64,000 nt of DNA. Source: an uncultured Rubrivirga sp. (GTDB lineage Bacteria; Actinomycetota; Actinomycetes; S36-B12). Positions 29,580-40,751 of the stretch are shown one piece after another. Under the pieces are notes generated by a model. That model was not told the origin of the DNA, ran no database searches, and was given only the letters and a program-made list of their open reading frames with translations. How positions within the stretch are numbered: position 1 is the first letter of the stretch; each line of letters starts with the position of its first letter. A program made the translations under genes and the position numbers. Where the stretch lies: the NCBI GenBank assembly GCA_964385255.1, contig CAYLOH010000003.1:16424-80423 (forward strand), written 5' to 3'.

Positions 29580-30716
29580 TCAGCCCTTAACGGATACCGA
29601 TCCGTCGATGATTCCGGCCTTGATCGTCTCGATCTGGTCCTTCAACTCCTGCGGGACTGCGTCCTCGAAGGCGTGGTAAGGAGCGAGGCCGACGCCACCG
29701 TTGGCGAGGTCACCGACGGTGACACCACCCGCGAATGAGCCGTCAACGACCGCCGCGATTGCGTTGTACGTGGTGACGTCCATGTTCTTGAGCACGGAGG
29801 TCAGGTACACGTTCTGGTTCGCGGTGTCGGTGCCGAACTGATCAGCGTCGACGCCGATGATCATCAACTTGTCGGTGCCGAGTTCGCTGGCCAGGGCAGC
29901 GGAGCCCAAGCCGACGGGACCGGCAACCGGCATGACGATGTCGGCACCCTCGTCAACGAGGTTCTGGGCGAACGTGCGACCGTCGTCCAGGCTCTCGAAG
30001 TTCTCGGTGAACAGACCCGCCTGGTCGGCCGGGTTCCATCCGAGGACCTTCACATCGGTGCCGTTGTCGGCGTTGTACTTCTGGACGCCGTAGTAGAAGC
30101 CGTCCATGAAGATGGTCACCGGCGGGATGTTGACGCCACCGAAGGTGCCCACGGTCCCGGTCTTGGTCATGCCCGCGGCCAGGTAGCCGGCGAGGAACGC
30201 CGCCTGGTCCGTGTTGAAGATCTGACCGAGCACGTTGTTGTTGGTGATGTCGCCATCGGCGTAAGCGAAGTCCACGATCGTGAACGGAACGTCGGGATTG
30301 GCGTTAGCCGCTTCCTTCGTCGCATCGCCGAGCAGGAAGCCGACGGTCACGATGATCGAACAACCCTGGTCGATGAGCGACTGGATGTTCGGGGCGTAGT
30401 CGGTTTCGGCCTGGGACTCCAGGACGACGGCCTCCATGCCGAACTCCGAGGCAGCATCCGTCACGCCCTTGAAGGCGGTCTGGTTGAAGCCCTTGTCGTC
30501 GACACCGCCGACGTCAGTGACCTGGCAGGCCTTCAATGCAGCTGCGGATTCCGCCGCGGTCTCTTCGGTCGCAGGCGCTGCGGCCTCATCTGCTGCGGTC
30601 TCCTCAGCCGTGGCCGCCGCGGTCTCTTCGGACGAGCCGCTGTCGGAACCACATGCAGCAAGACCCAGGGATGCCACGGCGACAACTGCCGCCGCGATCT
30701 TCATTCTGGTCTTCAA
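29580..30716 (-). CDS. BMP family (PnrA-like) ABC substrate-binding lipoprotein
   Basis: Lipobox SLGLAAC, an E/T/A-rich linker, then a Bmp-like periplasmic binding domain. TTG start at 30716, or ATG at 30704. Confidence 0.9.
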   Translation of the reverse strand: MKTRMKIAAAVVAVASLGLAACGSDSGSSEETAAATAEETAADEAAAPATEETAAESAAALKACQVTDVGGVDDKGFNQTAFKGVTDAASEFGMEAVVLESQAETDYAPNIQSLIDQGCSIIVTVGFLLGDATKEAANANPDVPFTIVDFAYADGDITNNNVLGQIFNTDQAAFLAGYLAAGMTKTGTVGTFGGVNIPPVTIFMDGFYYGVQKYNADNGTDVKVLGWNPADQAGLFTENFESLDDGRTFAQNLVDEGADIVMPVAGPVGLGSAALASELGTDKLMIIGVDADQFGTDTANQNVYLTSVLKNMDVTTYNAIAAVVDGSFAGGVTVGDLANGGVGLAPYHAFEDAVPQELKDQIETIKAGIIDGSVSVKG

Positions 30717-30809
30717 TCTGTCTCCTTGGTGTAAGCGCCCAGGTGCAGGGGCGGTTGGACAACCCTAGTGAAGGCCGGCCCGGGGAAGCACGTCGACCGA
30801 CCACTCACG

Positions 30810-31739
30810 CTAGGACGACAAGGTGAACAGTCGCTCCATCAGGAGGGTCACGAAACGGTCACGATCGATGCCGAGTCCGACAGCACAGTTGACCGGCCGG
30901 TCGGTCACCCGCCAGCGGTCCACGACCGTGCGCCCTACACACAGATCGGACAGCAACTCGACCTCGACATTCGCCTCCACCGTGTGCACCAGCGTCGGGT
31001 CGATGAGGTGCGCGACGGCGACCGCGTCGTGGATCGGTGCGCCCGGCCAGCCGAAGCGCTCCTGGTGGAACCCGACGAAGTGGTCCAGCAGCTCGGCGAC
31101 GAAAAGCCCGCAGTCCCCGCGATCCCTGAGGGCGTTCGCGTGATCGTCGGTCAGCCACGCCTGGTGCGTGACCTCCAAGCCGATCATCGTCAGATCGAGT
31201 CCGCTGCGCAGGACGATGTCCGCGGCGTGCGGATCTACCCAGATGTTGAACTCCGCGGCTGGAGTCCAATTCCCCAGATCGACGGCCCCACCCATGAAGA
31301 CGACGCGATCTATTCGCTCCAAGAGATGAGGGCGCTGCTCGATCAACGCCGCGGCATTCGTCTGGGGACCGGTCACGACGAGCGTGGCCGGCTGCTCCGC
31401 GAGAACGTCTTCGATCAGGTCGAGGGCGTCTCGCTCGTCAGGTGGGCGACTGGGGGTCACGGGCAGCGGGCCGGCCAAGCCACTCTCGCCATGCATCGAT
31501 GCCGCGGTCGAGAGTTCCCGCACCCTCGGACGATCCGCGCCCCGCGCGACCGGGATATCCGGACGTCCGACCATGTCCAAGACGCGCAGGGCATTCGTGG
31601 TCGTGTGATCGAGCGGCACGTTGCCGGCAACGGTCGTGACCGCGAGTAAGTCGATAGTCGGATCGGCGACCGCGAGCATGATCGCCAAGGCGTCGTCGTG
31701 GCCCGGATCGCAATCCATGATGATCGGTGTCGGCTGCAT
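30810..31739 (-). CDS. nucleoside hydrolase (IUNH family)
   Basis: N-terminal aspartate cluster IIMDCDPGHDDALAI. Start at ATG 31739. Confidence 0.9.
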   Translation of the reverse strand: MQPTPIIMDCDPGHDDALAIMLAVADPTIDLLAVTTVAGNVPLDHTTTNALRVLDMVGRPDIPVARGADRPRVRELSTAASMHGESGLAGPLPVTPSRPPDERDALDLIEDVLAEQPATLVVTGPQTNAAALIEQRPHLLERIDRVVFMGGAVDLGNWTPAAEFNIWVDPHAADIVLRSGLDLTMIGLEVTHQAWLTDDHANALRDRGDCGLFVAELLDHFVGFHQERFGWPGAPIHDAVAVAHLIDPTLVHTVEANVEVELLSDLCVGRTVVDRWRVTDRPVNCAVGLGIDRDRFVTLLMERLFTLSS

Positions 31740-31864
31740 CGACACGTAACTTACGGGTTGCCACTCGCGCGATGCCCGGACCACTGATGATCGGTGTGCG
31801 CGAGACGCACTCAGCGATTGTCGGCGCTACCCGACTGAACGTGAACGGTGGATCGATCCGTGGA

Positions 31865-33445
31865 TCAGAAGGCGTCCTTCGGTTGGTAGGTGCCCCAGAC
31901 GTCGCGGAGCGCGTCGGACACCTCACCCACGGTTGCTCGGGCCTTCAGGGCTTCGCGCATGGGGTAAAGCAGATTGCCGTCGCCGGCAGCGGTCTCCCGG
32001 ATGGACTGCAGTAGGCGGGCCACGTCCGCGTTGTCGCGCTCGGCCCTGAGTGTGGCCAGGCGAGCTACCTGCTCGGATTCGATGGTCATGTCGACCTTCA
32101 TGGGGTCGTAGTGCTCGTCACCGTCGACGGTGTACTTGTTCACACCCACCACGATCCGCTCACCCGAATCGATCTGCTGAGTCACTCGGTAGGCGGACTT
32201 CTCGATCTCGGACTTCTGGAAGCCCTCCTCGATACCCGCGACCGCACCACCCATGTCCTCGATCTGGTCGATGAGCGCCATGGCCGCAGTCTCGATGTCG
32301 TCCGTCAAGCTCTCAACAACGTAGGAGCCTGCGAAGGGATCGACGGTCTTGGTCACGTCCGTCTCGTAGGCGAGCACCTGCTGAGTTCGCAAGGCCAACC
32401 GGGCTGCCTTCTCCGTCGGCAAAGCGATGGCCTCATCAAATGAGTTGGTGTGCAAAGACTGCGTGCCACCCAGCACCGCCGCAAGTCCCTGGATCGCCAC
32501 TCGAACGAGGTTCACTTCAGGCTGTTGGGCCGTGAGTTGCACACCCGCGGTCTGCGTGTGGAAGCGCAGCATCATTGACTTCGGATCCTTTGCACCGAAA
32601 CGCTCCTTCATGATGCGAGCCCACATCCGACGTGCCGCACGAAACTTCGCGACTTCCTCGATGATCGACGTTCGCGAAACGAAGAAGAAGGCGAGCCGTG
32701 GAGCGAAGTCGTCGACGTCCTGTCCGGATTCAACCGCCGCGCGTACGTACTCGATTCCGTTCGCGAGGGTGAAGGCGATCTCCTGCACAGGCGTGGCGCC
32801 CGCTTCCGCCATGTGATACCCCGAAATGGAGATGGTGTTCCATTTGGGAATCTCACTACGGCAGTACGTGAAGATGTCGGTGATCAACCGCAGGCTCTGA
32901 GCCGGCGGGTAGATGTAGGTGCCCCGAGCGATGTACTCCTTGAGGACGTCGTTCTGGATGGTTCCACCCAACTTGTCCGGAGAGATTCCCTGCTCCTCGG
33001 CCACCAATTGGTAAAGCAACAACAAGATCGCCGCCGGGGAATTGATCGTCATCGAGGTGGTCACCTGATCGAGCGGGATGCCGTCGAAGAGGACTCGCAT
33101 GTCCTCGATCGAGTCGATGGCGACCCCGACCTTGCCCACCTCCCCGTGCGCCAGCGGGTGGTCGGAGTCGTAGCCCATTTGGGTCGGGAGGTCGAAGGCG
33201 ACCGACAAGCCCATGGTTCCGGCAGCCAGGAGTTGCTTGTACCGCTCGTTGGACTCCCGAGCCGTGCCGAAGCCCGCGTACTGACGCATCGTCCACGGAC
33301 GGCCGGTGTACATGGACGGGTAGACGCCGCGGGTGAAGGGGTACTGGCCGGGTTCGGATAGCTGGACGTCACCGTTCCAACCAGCCAGGGCCGAGGCGTC
33401 GTATAGCGGCTCGAACGGCAGTCCCGACTCGGTCTCAGCGGCCAT
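31865..33445 (-). CDS. methylmalonyl-CoA mutase family, catalytic (large) subunit without B12 domain
   Basis: 526 aa. [42 protein letters not shown]. The protein ends before any B12-binding domain. Confidence 0.9.
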   Translation of the reverse strand: MAAETESGLPFEPLYDASALAGWNGDVQLSEPGQYPFTRGVYPSMYTGRPWTMRQYAGFGTARESNERYKQLLAAGTMGLSVAFDLPTQMGYDSDHPLAHGEVGKVGVAIDSIEDMRVLFDGIPLDQVTTSMTINSPAAILLLLYQLVAEEQGISPDKLGGTIQNDVLKEYIARGTYIYPPAQSLRLITDIFTYCRSEIPKWNTISISGYHMAEAGATPVQEIAFTLANGIEYVRAAVESGQDVDDFAPRLAFFFVSRTSIIEEVAKFRAARRMWARIMKERFGAKDPKSMMLRFHTQTAGVQLTAQQPEVNLVRVAIQGLAAVLGGTQSLHTNSFDEAIALPTEKAARLALRTQQVLAYETDVTKTVDPFAGSYVVESLTDDIETAAMALIDQIEDMGGAVAGIEEGFQKSEIEKSAYRVTQQIDSGERIVVGVNKYTVDGDEHYDPMKVDMTIESEQVARLATLRAERDNADVARLLQSIRETAAGDGNLLYPMREALKARATVGEVSDALRDVWGTYQPKDAF

Positions 33446-33636
33446 AGCGGAACCCTAGGACCGACGACCCGTGCGTCGAGGTGGCGCGGGTGTGAGAGAG
33501 GACACCTCAGCACCTTGCGAACCCGCCGAGCCGGCCCCACCGATCGGGGATACGCTGACCTGGTACCGGGCAGCGCCTAGCGCGTCCGAGCACGACCAGA
33601 CAATGGGGGACGAACCGTCCACGAGGAGGAACGCCG

Positions 33637-34035
33637 GTGGCAACCTTGACACCCGTCGGCACGCTCTATCGCGGTGGCGAGGGCATGTGGACCTGGGTAC
33701 TCCAGCGCATCACCGGTGTCAGCGTCTTCTTCTTCTTATACGTGCACGTCCTCGATACCGCGCTGGTACGCGTCTCGCCCGAGGCCTACGACATCGTGAT
33801 CGCCACGTACAAGACGCCGATCGTGAACCTCCTCGAGGTGGGGCTGGTTGGCGCCGTGCTCTACCACGCCCTCAACGGTCTCCGCGTGATCGCCGTCGAC
33901 TTCTGGTCCCAAGGTCCGCGCTATCAGCGTCAGATGACCTGGGGCATCGTCGCCCTGTGGCTCATCGTGATGATTCCGGGCACCTACTTCATGATGATCC
34001 ACACCATCGAAGCCGTGTTCGGGAGCACCCCATGA
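33637..34035 (+). CDS. sdhC: succinate dehydrogenase cytochrome b subunit
   Basis: 132 aa with 3 TM segments. GTG start 7 nt after AGGAGGA. First gene of sdhCDAB. Confidence 0.85.
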   Translation: MATLTPVGTLYRGGEGMWTWVLQRITGVSVFFFLYVHVLDTALVRVSPEAYDIVIATYKTPIVNLLEVGLVGAVLYHALNGLRVIAVDFWSQGPRYQRQMTWGIVALWLIVMIPGTYFMMIHTIEAVFGSTP

Positions 34036-34439
34036 GCGCACCCAGCATCGACGCCCCGCGGTCGTTATCCCGGCGCACAGGACAGCGCAGCAACTTCGAG
34101 CTGTACTCGTGGCTGTTCATGCGTATCTCCGGCATCGTCCTGGTGTTCTTGGTGCTTGGTCACTTGTTCATCATGAACATCCTCGATGGCGGCGTGCAGC
34201 GCATCAATTTCGCTTTCGTAGCCGGCCGCTGGTCGAGTCCGTTCTGGCAGGTGTGGGACTTGACCATGCTGTGGCTAGCGATGCTGCACGGCACCAACGG
34301 CATGCGAACGATCATCAACGACTACGCCGAGCGTGATCAAACACGGTTCTGGCTCAAGATGATTCTGTATGTCTCCTCGGGCTTCATCATCCTTCTCGGG
34401 ACGCTCGTCGTTTTCACCTTCGACCCCAACATCGGCTAA
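34032..34439 (+). CDS. sdhD: succinate dehydrogenase hydrophobic membrane anchor subunit
   Basis: ATGA overlap with the sdhC stop. The MSAPSIDAPR...ISGIVLVFLVLGHLFIM segment is hydrophobic. It is the C-terminal part of track ORF 33471-34439. Confidence 0.8.
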   Translation: MSAPSIDAPRSLSRRTGQRSNFELYSWLFMRISGIVLVFLVLGHLFIMNILDGGVQRINFAFVAGRWSSPFWQVWDLTMLWLAMLHGTNGMRTIINDYAERDQTRFWLKMILYVSSGFIILLGTLVVFTFDPNIG

Positions 34440-34469
34440 TAAGTCGTTTATCTGGAGGAGCGCAGCTCG

Positions 34470-36223
<1,754 letters not shown>

Positions 36224-36224
<1 letters not shown>

Positions 36225-36982
36225 TGGCAGCAGTCGTCGAGGAGACAGTCGTAACCGAGACCGCCGTTCCCGTGGCGACCGATGTCACCTTCCGGGTGCG
36301 CAGGTTCCTGCCTGACGTCGATGAGGAGCCCCACTGGGAGGACTACACGGTTGCGCTTTACCCGACCGACCGTGTTCTCACCGCCCTAGAGAAGATCAAG
36401 GGCGAGATCGATGGCACGTTGAGTTTCCGTCGTTCGTGCGGGCATGGCATCTGCGGCTCGGACGCGATGCGCATCAACGGTCGCAATCGACTGGCGTGCA
36501 AGACGCTGGTCAAGGACCTGGACATCAGTAAGCCCATCACCATCGAAGCGATCAAGGGACTGCCTCTCGAGAAGGACATGATCGTCGACATGGACCCCTT
36601 CTTCGCCGCTTACCGACAGGTTCTTCCCTTCTTGATCCCCGAGGGACACGAGCCCACACGCGAGCGACTGCAATCGGCCGAGGACCGCGCGAGATTCGAC
36701 GACACCACCAAGTGCATCCTGTGCGCTGCCTGCACGACCTCGTGCCCCGTCTACTGGACCGACGGCCAATACTTCGGGCCGGCGGCCATCGTCGCCGCGC
36801 ACCGATTCATCTTCGACAGCCGCGACGCCGGCTTCGAGCAGCGGCTAGAGGTCCTGAACGACAAGGAGGGCGTCTGGCGCTGCCGGACCACTTTCAACTG
36901 CACCGACGCGTGCCCGCGCGGCATCGAAGTGACCAAGGCCATCCAAGAGGTCAAGCGCGCACTCATCTTCCGCCGCGTTTGA
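36224..36982 (+). CDS. sdhB: succinate dehydrogenase iron-sulfur subunit
   Basis: Cys clusters CGHGICGSDA, CILCAACTTSCP and CTDACPRGI. TGATG overlap with sdhA. Confidence 0.95.
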
Positions 36983-37008
36983 CCCCCGCGAACTGCCAGC
37001 GCGATCTC

Positions 37009-37980
37009 TCAGCGATTCACTGCCTCAGGATTCACCGGGTGGGCAGGCAGCCGGCCCGCCACCACGTCCAGAACAGCCTGCGTGGCTGCCTCGGTCATCG
37101 CGTCAATCGAACGATGACTGAGCCCAGCGATGTGCGGAGACATGATGACGGTGGGTAGATCGCGCAGCGGTGAATCACCAATCGGCTCGCGTTGGAAGGT
37201 ATCCAGGCCCGCTCCACCAAGGTGGCCCGAAGCGATCGCTGCGGCAAGTGCGTCCTCGTCGATGATTCCGCCGCGCGAGACGTTCACCACATAGGCGCCC
37301 GATTTCATCGCCGCGAACTCCTCGGCACCCAAGAGACCGCGGGTTCCATCGGTCAACGGTGCATGGACGGTAATGACATCACTTCGATTCAGCAGGGTCG
37401 ACAGATCGACCAAGTCGGTCCCCTCGGGCGCGCGGTCGAGGAATGGGTCGTACACGCAGATCGTCGACCCAAAGCCGCGCAGCCGTCGAATCACCGCGCG
37501 CCCGATAGCCCCCGAACCGATGAGTCCTACCGTGGCTCCATACAGATCACTCGGTGTCAACGAACCCGCCCGGTCCCAACGCCCGTCACGGATTGCCGCA
37601 TCGTTCTCGGCGAGACGTCGCTGTAGCGCGAGGATCATCGCCAGGGTGTGGTCGGCCACCGCGTCCTCGTTTGCCCCCGGTGTCGTGGCCACCACCACAC
37701 CGGCCGCGGTCGCTGCGGCCATGTCGATCGCATCAACGCCCACTCCGGTTCGGGCGATCACCTTCAAGTTCGGACAGGATGCAAAGACGCTCGCGTCAAA
37801 GGGATCGGTACTGGCGATGACGGCCACTGCATCGCCGAGGATCTCGGCTAATTCAGCGGAGGATCGATGCCCGGTGCGCGGATGCAGTCGAATGGTGAGG
37901 CCGGCGCTCTTGAGCAAGGCGCCGGTGGTGGGACCGTCAACGTCGTAGACGGGCCACGTGACCACCACGTCACGACTCAC
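37009..37980 (-). CDS. D-isomer-specific 2-hydroxyacid dehydrogenase (PGDH/GyaR-like)
   Basis: NAD motif GLIGSGAIGRAV and the catalytic region VNVSRGGIIDE...SPHIAG. Confidence 0.88.
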   Translation of the reverse strand: MSRDVVVTWPVYDVDGPTTGALLKSAGLTIRLHPRTGHRSSAELAEILGDAVAVIASTDPFDASVFASCPNLKVIARTGVGVDAIDMAAATAAGVVVATTPGANEDAVADHTLAMILALQRRLAENDAAIRDGRWDRAGSLTPSDLYGATVGLIGSGAIGRAVIRRLRGFGSTICVYDPFLDRAPEGTDLVDLSTLLNRSDVITVHAPLTDGTRGLLGAEEFAAMKSGAYVVNVSRGGIIDEDALAAAIASGHLGGAGLDTFQREPIGDSPLRDLPTVIMSPHIAGLSHRSIDAMTEAATQAVLDVVAGRLPAHPVNPEAVNR

Positions 37981-38057
37981 ACGTACCTCAACTCTCCCCG
38001 ATGGCTCCGCGTACCCTCACCCTACGCGGCATACACGCACGCTAAGGGAGGACAACC

Positions 38058-38837
38058 ATGCGGCCCAACCCGTGGCTGACAGCAGTTCGTGCAGGTGAAC
38101 TGACTCTCGGCGGTTGGATCACCAACCCTTCAACCATCAATGCCGAGATCATGGGCAGTGCGGGCTTGGAATACGTCGCGATCGACACCCAGCATGGAGC
38201 CATCGACTACACGACGATGTTGCCGTTGCTGCAGGTTCTCGCGATCGGGTCGTCAACCCCCATGGTGCGGGTTCCGTCATGCGATTCGGTCTACATCGGC
38301 AAGGCTCTCGACGCAGGCGCGCGAGCCGTCATCGTTCCCATGGTCAACGACAGGGCAACCTGCGAGCAGGCCCTGTCCTACGCCCGGTATGCACCGGGAG
38401 GTGTTCGCAGCTACGGACCGACCCGGGCGATCCTGATTGAAGGCGACGACTATTTCGAGCAGGCAGCGGAACAGATTTCAGTTATCCCCATGATCGAGAC
38501 GGCCGAGGCACTCGGGAAAATCGACGAAATCCTCTCGGTCTCCGGCGTCGAGGCCATCTACGTGGGCCCGGCGGATTTGTCCATCAGCCTCGGTCTTCCC
38601 CCGCGGCCGGACAGTCCACGTCTGGACGAGGCCCTCAACCTGATCGTGGATGCGTGCTCACGCCACGGCGTAGTTCCGGGCGTCCACGCGAGCGCTTCGC
38701 TGTGTGCCAAGAGGGTGGAACAGGGATTTCGCATGATCACAGTTAGCGCAGACATCGTGGCGTTGCGCCGCGCAGTCGCCGACGACGTCGCCACCGCCCG
38801 CGGCACGATCTCCGACACCGTCACCAGTACGTACTAG
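38058..38837 (+). CDS. HpcH/HpaI family class II 2-keto-3-deoxy-acid (pyruvate) aldolase
   Basis: YVAIDTQHGAIDY, RVPS, VIVPMV, IPMIETAEAL, YVGPADLS. Confidence 0.85.
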   Translation: MRPNPWLTAVRAGELTLGGWITNPSTINAEIMGSAGLEYVAIDTQHGAIDYTTMLPLLQVLAIGSSTPMVRVPSCDSVYIGKALDAGARAVIVPMVNDRATCEQALSYARYAPGGVRSYGPTRAILIEGDDYFEQAAEQISVIPMIETAEALGKIDEILSVSGVEAIYVGPADLSISLGLPPRPDSPRLDEALNLIVDACSRHGVVPGVHASASLCAKRVEQGFRMITVSADIVALRRAVADDVATARGTISDTVTSTY

Positions 38838-39727
38838 AGGCTGATGGAGGCCACGGGTTCGGGTAACCCGCACACGCCCACGTCGAGCATCAGCAGAGCT
38901 CCCGCATCGGGCTGTCCCGGCGCAGCGGGTCGCCGGCCGCCCGAACTGATCGAGGTTACGACGAGCGCGTCCAGGTCCGGTCCCGCGAAGGCGGGCATCG
39001 ATGGCTTCTCTACTGGCAACTCGATGACTCGATCCAGACGGCCGTCAGGTGTGATGCGGGCGATGGCCCATCCGTACACGCACGCAGACCAGTAGCAGCC
39101 TTCGACATCGACGCAGGCGCCGTCGGGCTTGCCCGGGAGTTCGGCGCAGTCGAAGAAGACTCTCCTATTGAAGGCTGCGCCGGTCGACAGGTCATAGTCG
39201 AATGCCCAGACAACCTGACGTTGGGTGTCCGTCCAGAACATCGTGCGGCCATCGGGCGAGAAAGCCAGGCCGTTGGATGTGGCCACTGCGTCGATCATCG
39301 CATCGATGCTTCCGTCTCGATCGATTCTGAAGAGGTGGCCTGCAGGAAAGCCCTCGACGTTCACGTCACGCTCGTCCATGGAGCCAATCCACATTCGACC
39401 GGATCGATCGGGTCGACCATCGTTCATGCGGACACCTGGCACGTGCTCGAGCGCCATCCACTCATCCCATTGGCCCGTGGCAGCGTCGTACTCGATCAAC
39501 CCGGCACCAAGTCCGACCAAGAACTTCGACGGGTCTGGTGTCAATGCGATGCACGACGGTCTTCCAGGCAGAGTCCACACGTCGGGCTCGTCCTGGCCCC
39601 ACGCCAACGCCTGAACGGTTTCGCCGTCGACGTCGACCCAATACAGCGTGGAATCACGCCCGGACCACACCGGAGATTCACCGAGTTTGGCCCGGTGCGA
39701 CCCGACGATGTGGACCTGGACCGTCAC
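38834..39727 (-). CDS. SMP-30/gluconolactonase/LRE family lactonase
   Basis: GESPVWS...LYWVDV N-terminus, NDGRPD, and SNGLAFSPDG beta-propeller repeats. GTGA overlap with the iolE-like stop. Confidence 0.85.
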   Translation of the reverse strand: MTVQVHIVGSHRAKLGESPVWSGRDSTLYWVDVDGETVQALAWGQDEPDVWTLPGRPSCIALTPDPSKFLVGLGAGLIEYDAATGQWDEWMALEHVPGVRMNDGRPDRSGRMWIGSMDERDVNVEGFPAGHLFRIDRDGSIDAMIDAVATSNGLAFSPDGRTMFWTDTQRQVVWAFDYDLSTGAAFNRRVFFDCAELPGKPDGACVDVEGCYWSACVYGWAIARITPDGRLDRVIELPVEKPSMPAFAGPDLDALVVTSISSGGRRPAAPGQPDAGALLMLDVGVCGLPEPVASISL

Positions 39728-40614
39728 AGTTCCGCGGCGACCTTCTTCAGAAAGTCCACACTGGCCTTGGCATCCTCGATGGGCCCTCGGCCGGGTTCAG
39801 GATCACCCGTCAGCGAGCAGTCCTGCTCGAGCACGTACCAGCCTTGATATCCGCGACCCTCGAGGTACTTGATCACACCCGCGATGTCCACATCACCCGA
39901 GCCCGCCGGGACGAACATCCCCTCGATGGTGGCCTGCCGGAAAGGAATCTGACCGGTGCGAACCTTCTCGGCCATGTCGTTCGTCAGATCCTTGACGTGG
40001 ACGTGGAGCACGCGATCGCCCGCGTCCTTGACCACATCGAGCGGGTCGACACCCGACAAGAACAGATGTCCGGTGTCGACGCACATGCCGACGTCGCAGG
40101 AGTTCAGCAGCCGATCTACCTGATTCTTGCGCGAAATGGCCATACCCCAGTGAGGGTGCAGCGCGGTCGTCAAGCCTCGGGATTCAGTGGTGTCCTGGAA
40201 GCGACGCAGGTTACGCAGAAAGACTTTCCACTCATCGTCTGACATGTCGATCTCGGTGTCGTAACCGTCGAAATGCGACCGAGGACCCAGCACCACGGTG
40301 GAAGCTCCAGCAGCGGCTAGTTGATCGCTCGCGCGTCCCACGTACTGAAGTTGAGCCTCCATGTCCTGGTCCTGGTACAAGATCGCGGGCACGAAGCCGC
40401 CGACCATGGACATCTGGTAACCGGCTACGAAGTCCTTCAGTTGATCGGGATCGCTCGGGAGGAAACCGTCGGGACCGAGTTCGGTGGCGCTCAGGCCCAC
40501 GTCGCGCATCTCCGACAAGACCCGCGCCGGATCCATCATGTAGCCCCAACCCGGAGAGGCGTCGGCGCCCCAGGTGATGGGTGCCCCGGCCACCCGGCTC
40601 AACATGTCGCTCAT
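39724..40614 (-). CDS. iolE: IolE-like inosose dehydratase (xylose isomerase-like TIM barrel)
   Basis: GAPITWG, DTGHLFLSG, HVHVKDL and GMFVPAGSGDVDIAGVIKYLEGRGYQGWYVLEQD parallel B. subtilis IolE by eye. Start at ATG 40614. Confidence 0.72.
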   Translation of the reverse strand: MSDMLSRVAGAPITWGADASPGWGYMMDPARVLSEMRDVGLSATELGPDGFLPSDPDQLKDFVAGYQMSMVGGFVPAILYQDQDMEAQLQYVGRASDQLAAAGASTVVLGPRSHFDGYDTEIDMSDDEWKVFLRNLRRFQDTTESRGLTTALHPHWGMAISRKNQVDRLLNSCDVGMCVDTGHLFLSGVDPLDVVKDAGDRVLHVHVKDLTNDMAEKVRTGQIPFRQATIEGMFVPAGSGDVDIAGVIKYLEGRGYQGWYVLEQDCSLTGDPEPGRGPIEDAKASVDFLKKVAAEL

Positions 40615-40751
40615 CTGGAATCTCCGATCGAAGGCAGGGTTTCCTGGCGGAGGACCCCTATGAACCCCTAAGTTGGAACGTGCCAACGCGAAGCATGGCA
40701 CACGTTTGCGGGGTATTCGACCGGACTCACCCCGACCTTTGAGGAGGACCC

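Noticed and set aside
30768-31649. 293-aa + strand ORF
   Set aside because: It is antisense to the nucleoside hydrolase gene, which carries the DCDPGHDD motif.
33471-34031. Upstream part of the 322-aa ORF that contains sdhD
   Set aside because: It overlaps sdhC out of frame and is R/P-rich. The ATGA-coupled start at 34032 gives a typical SdhD.
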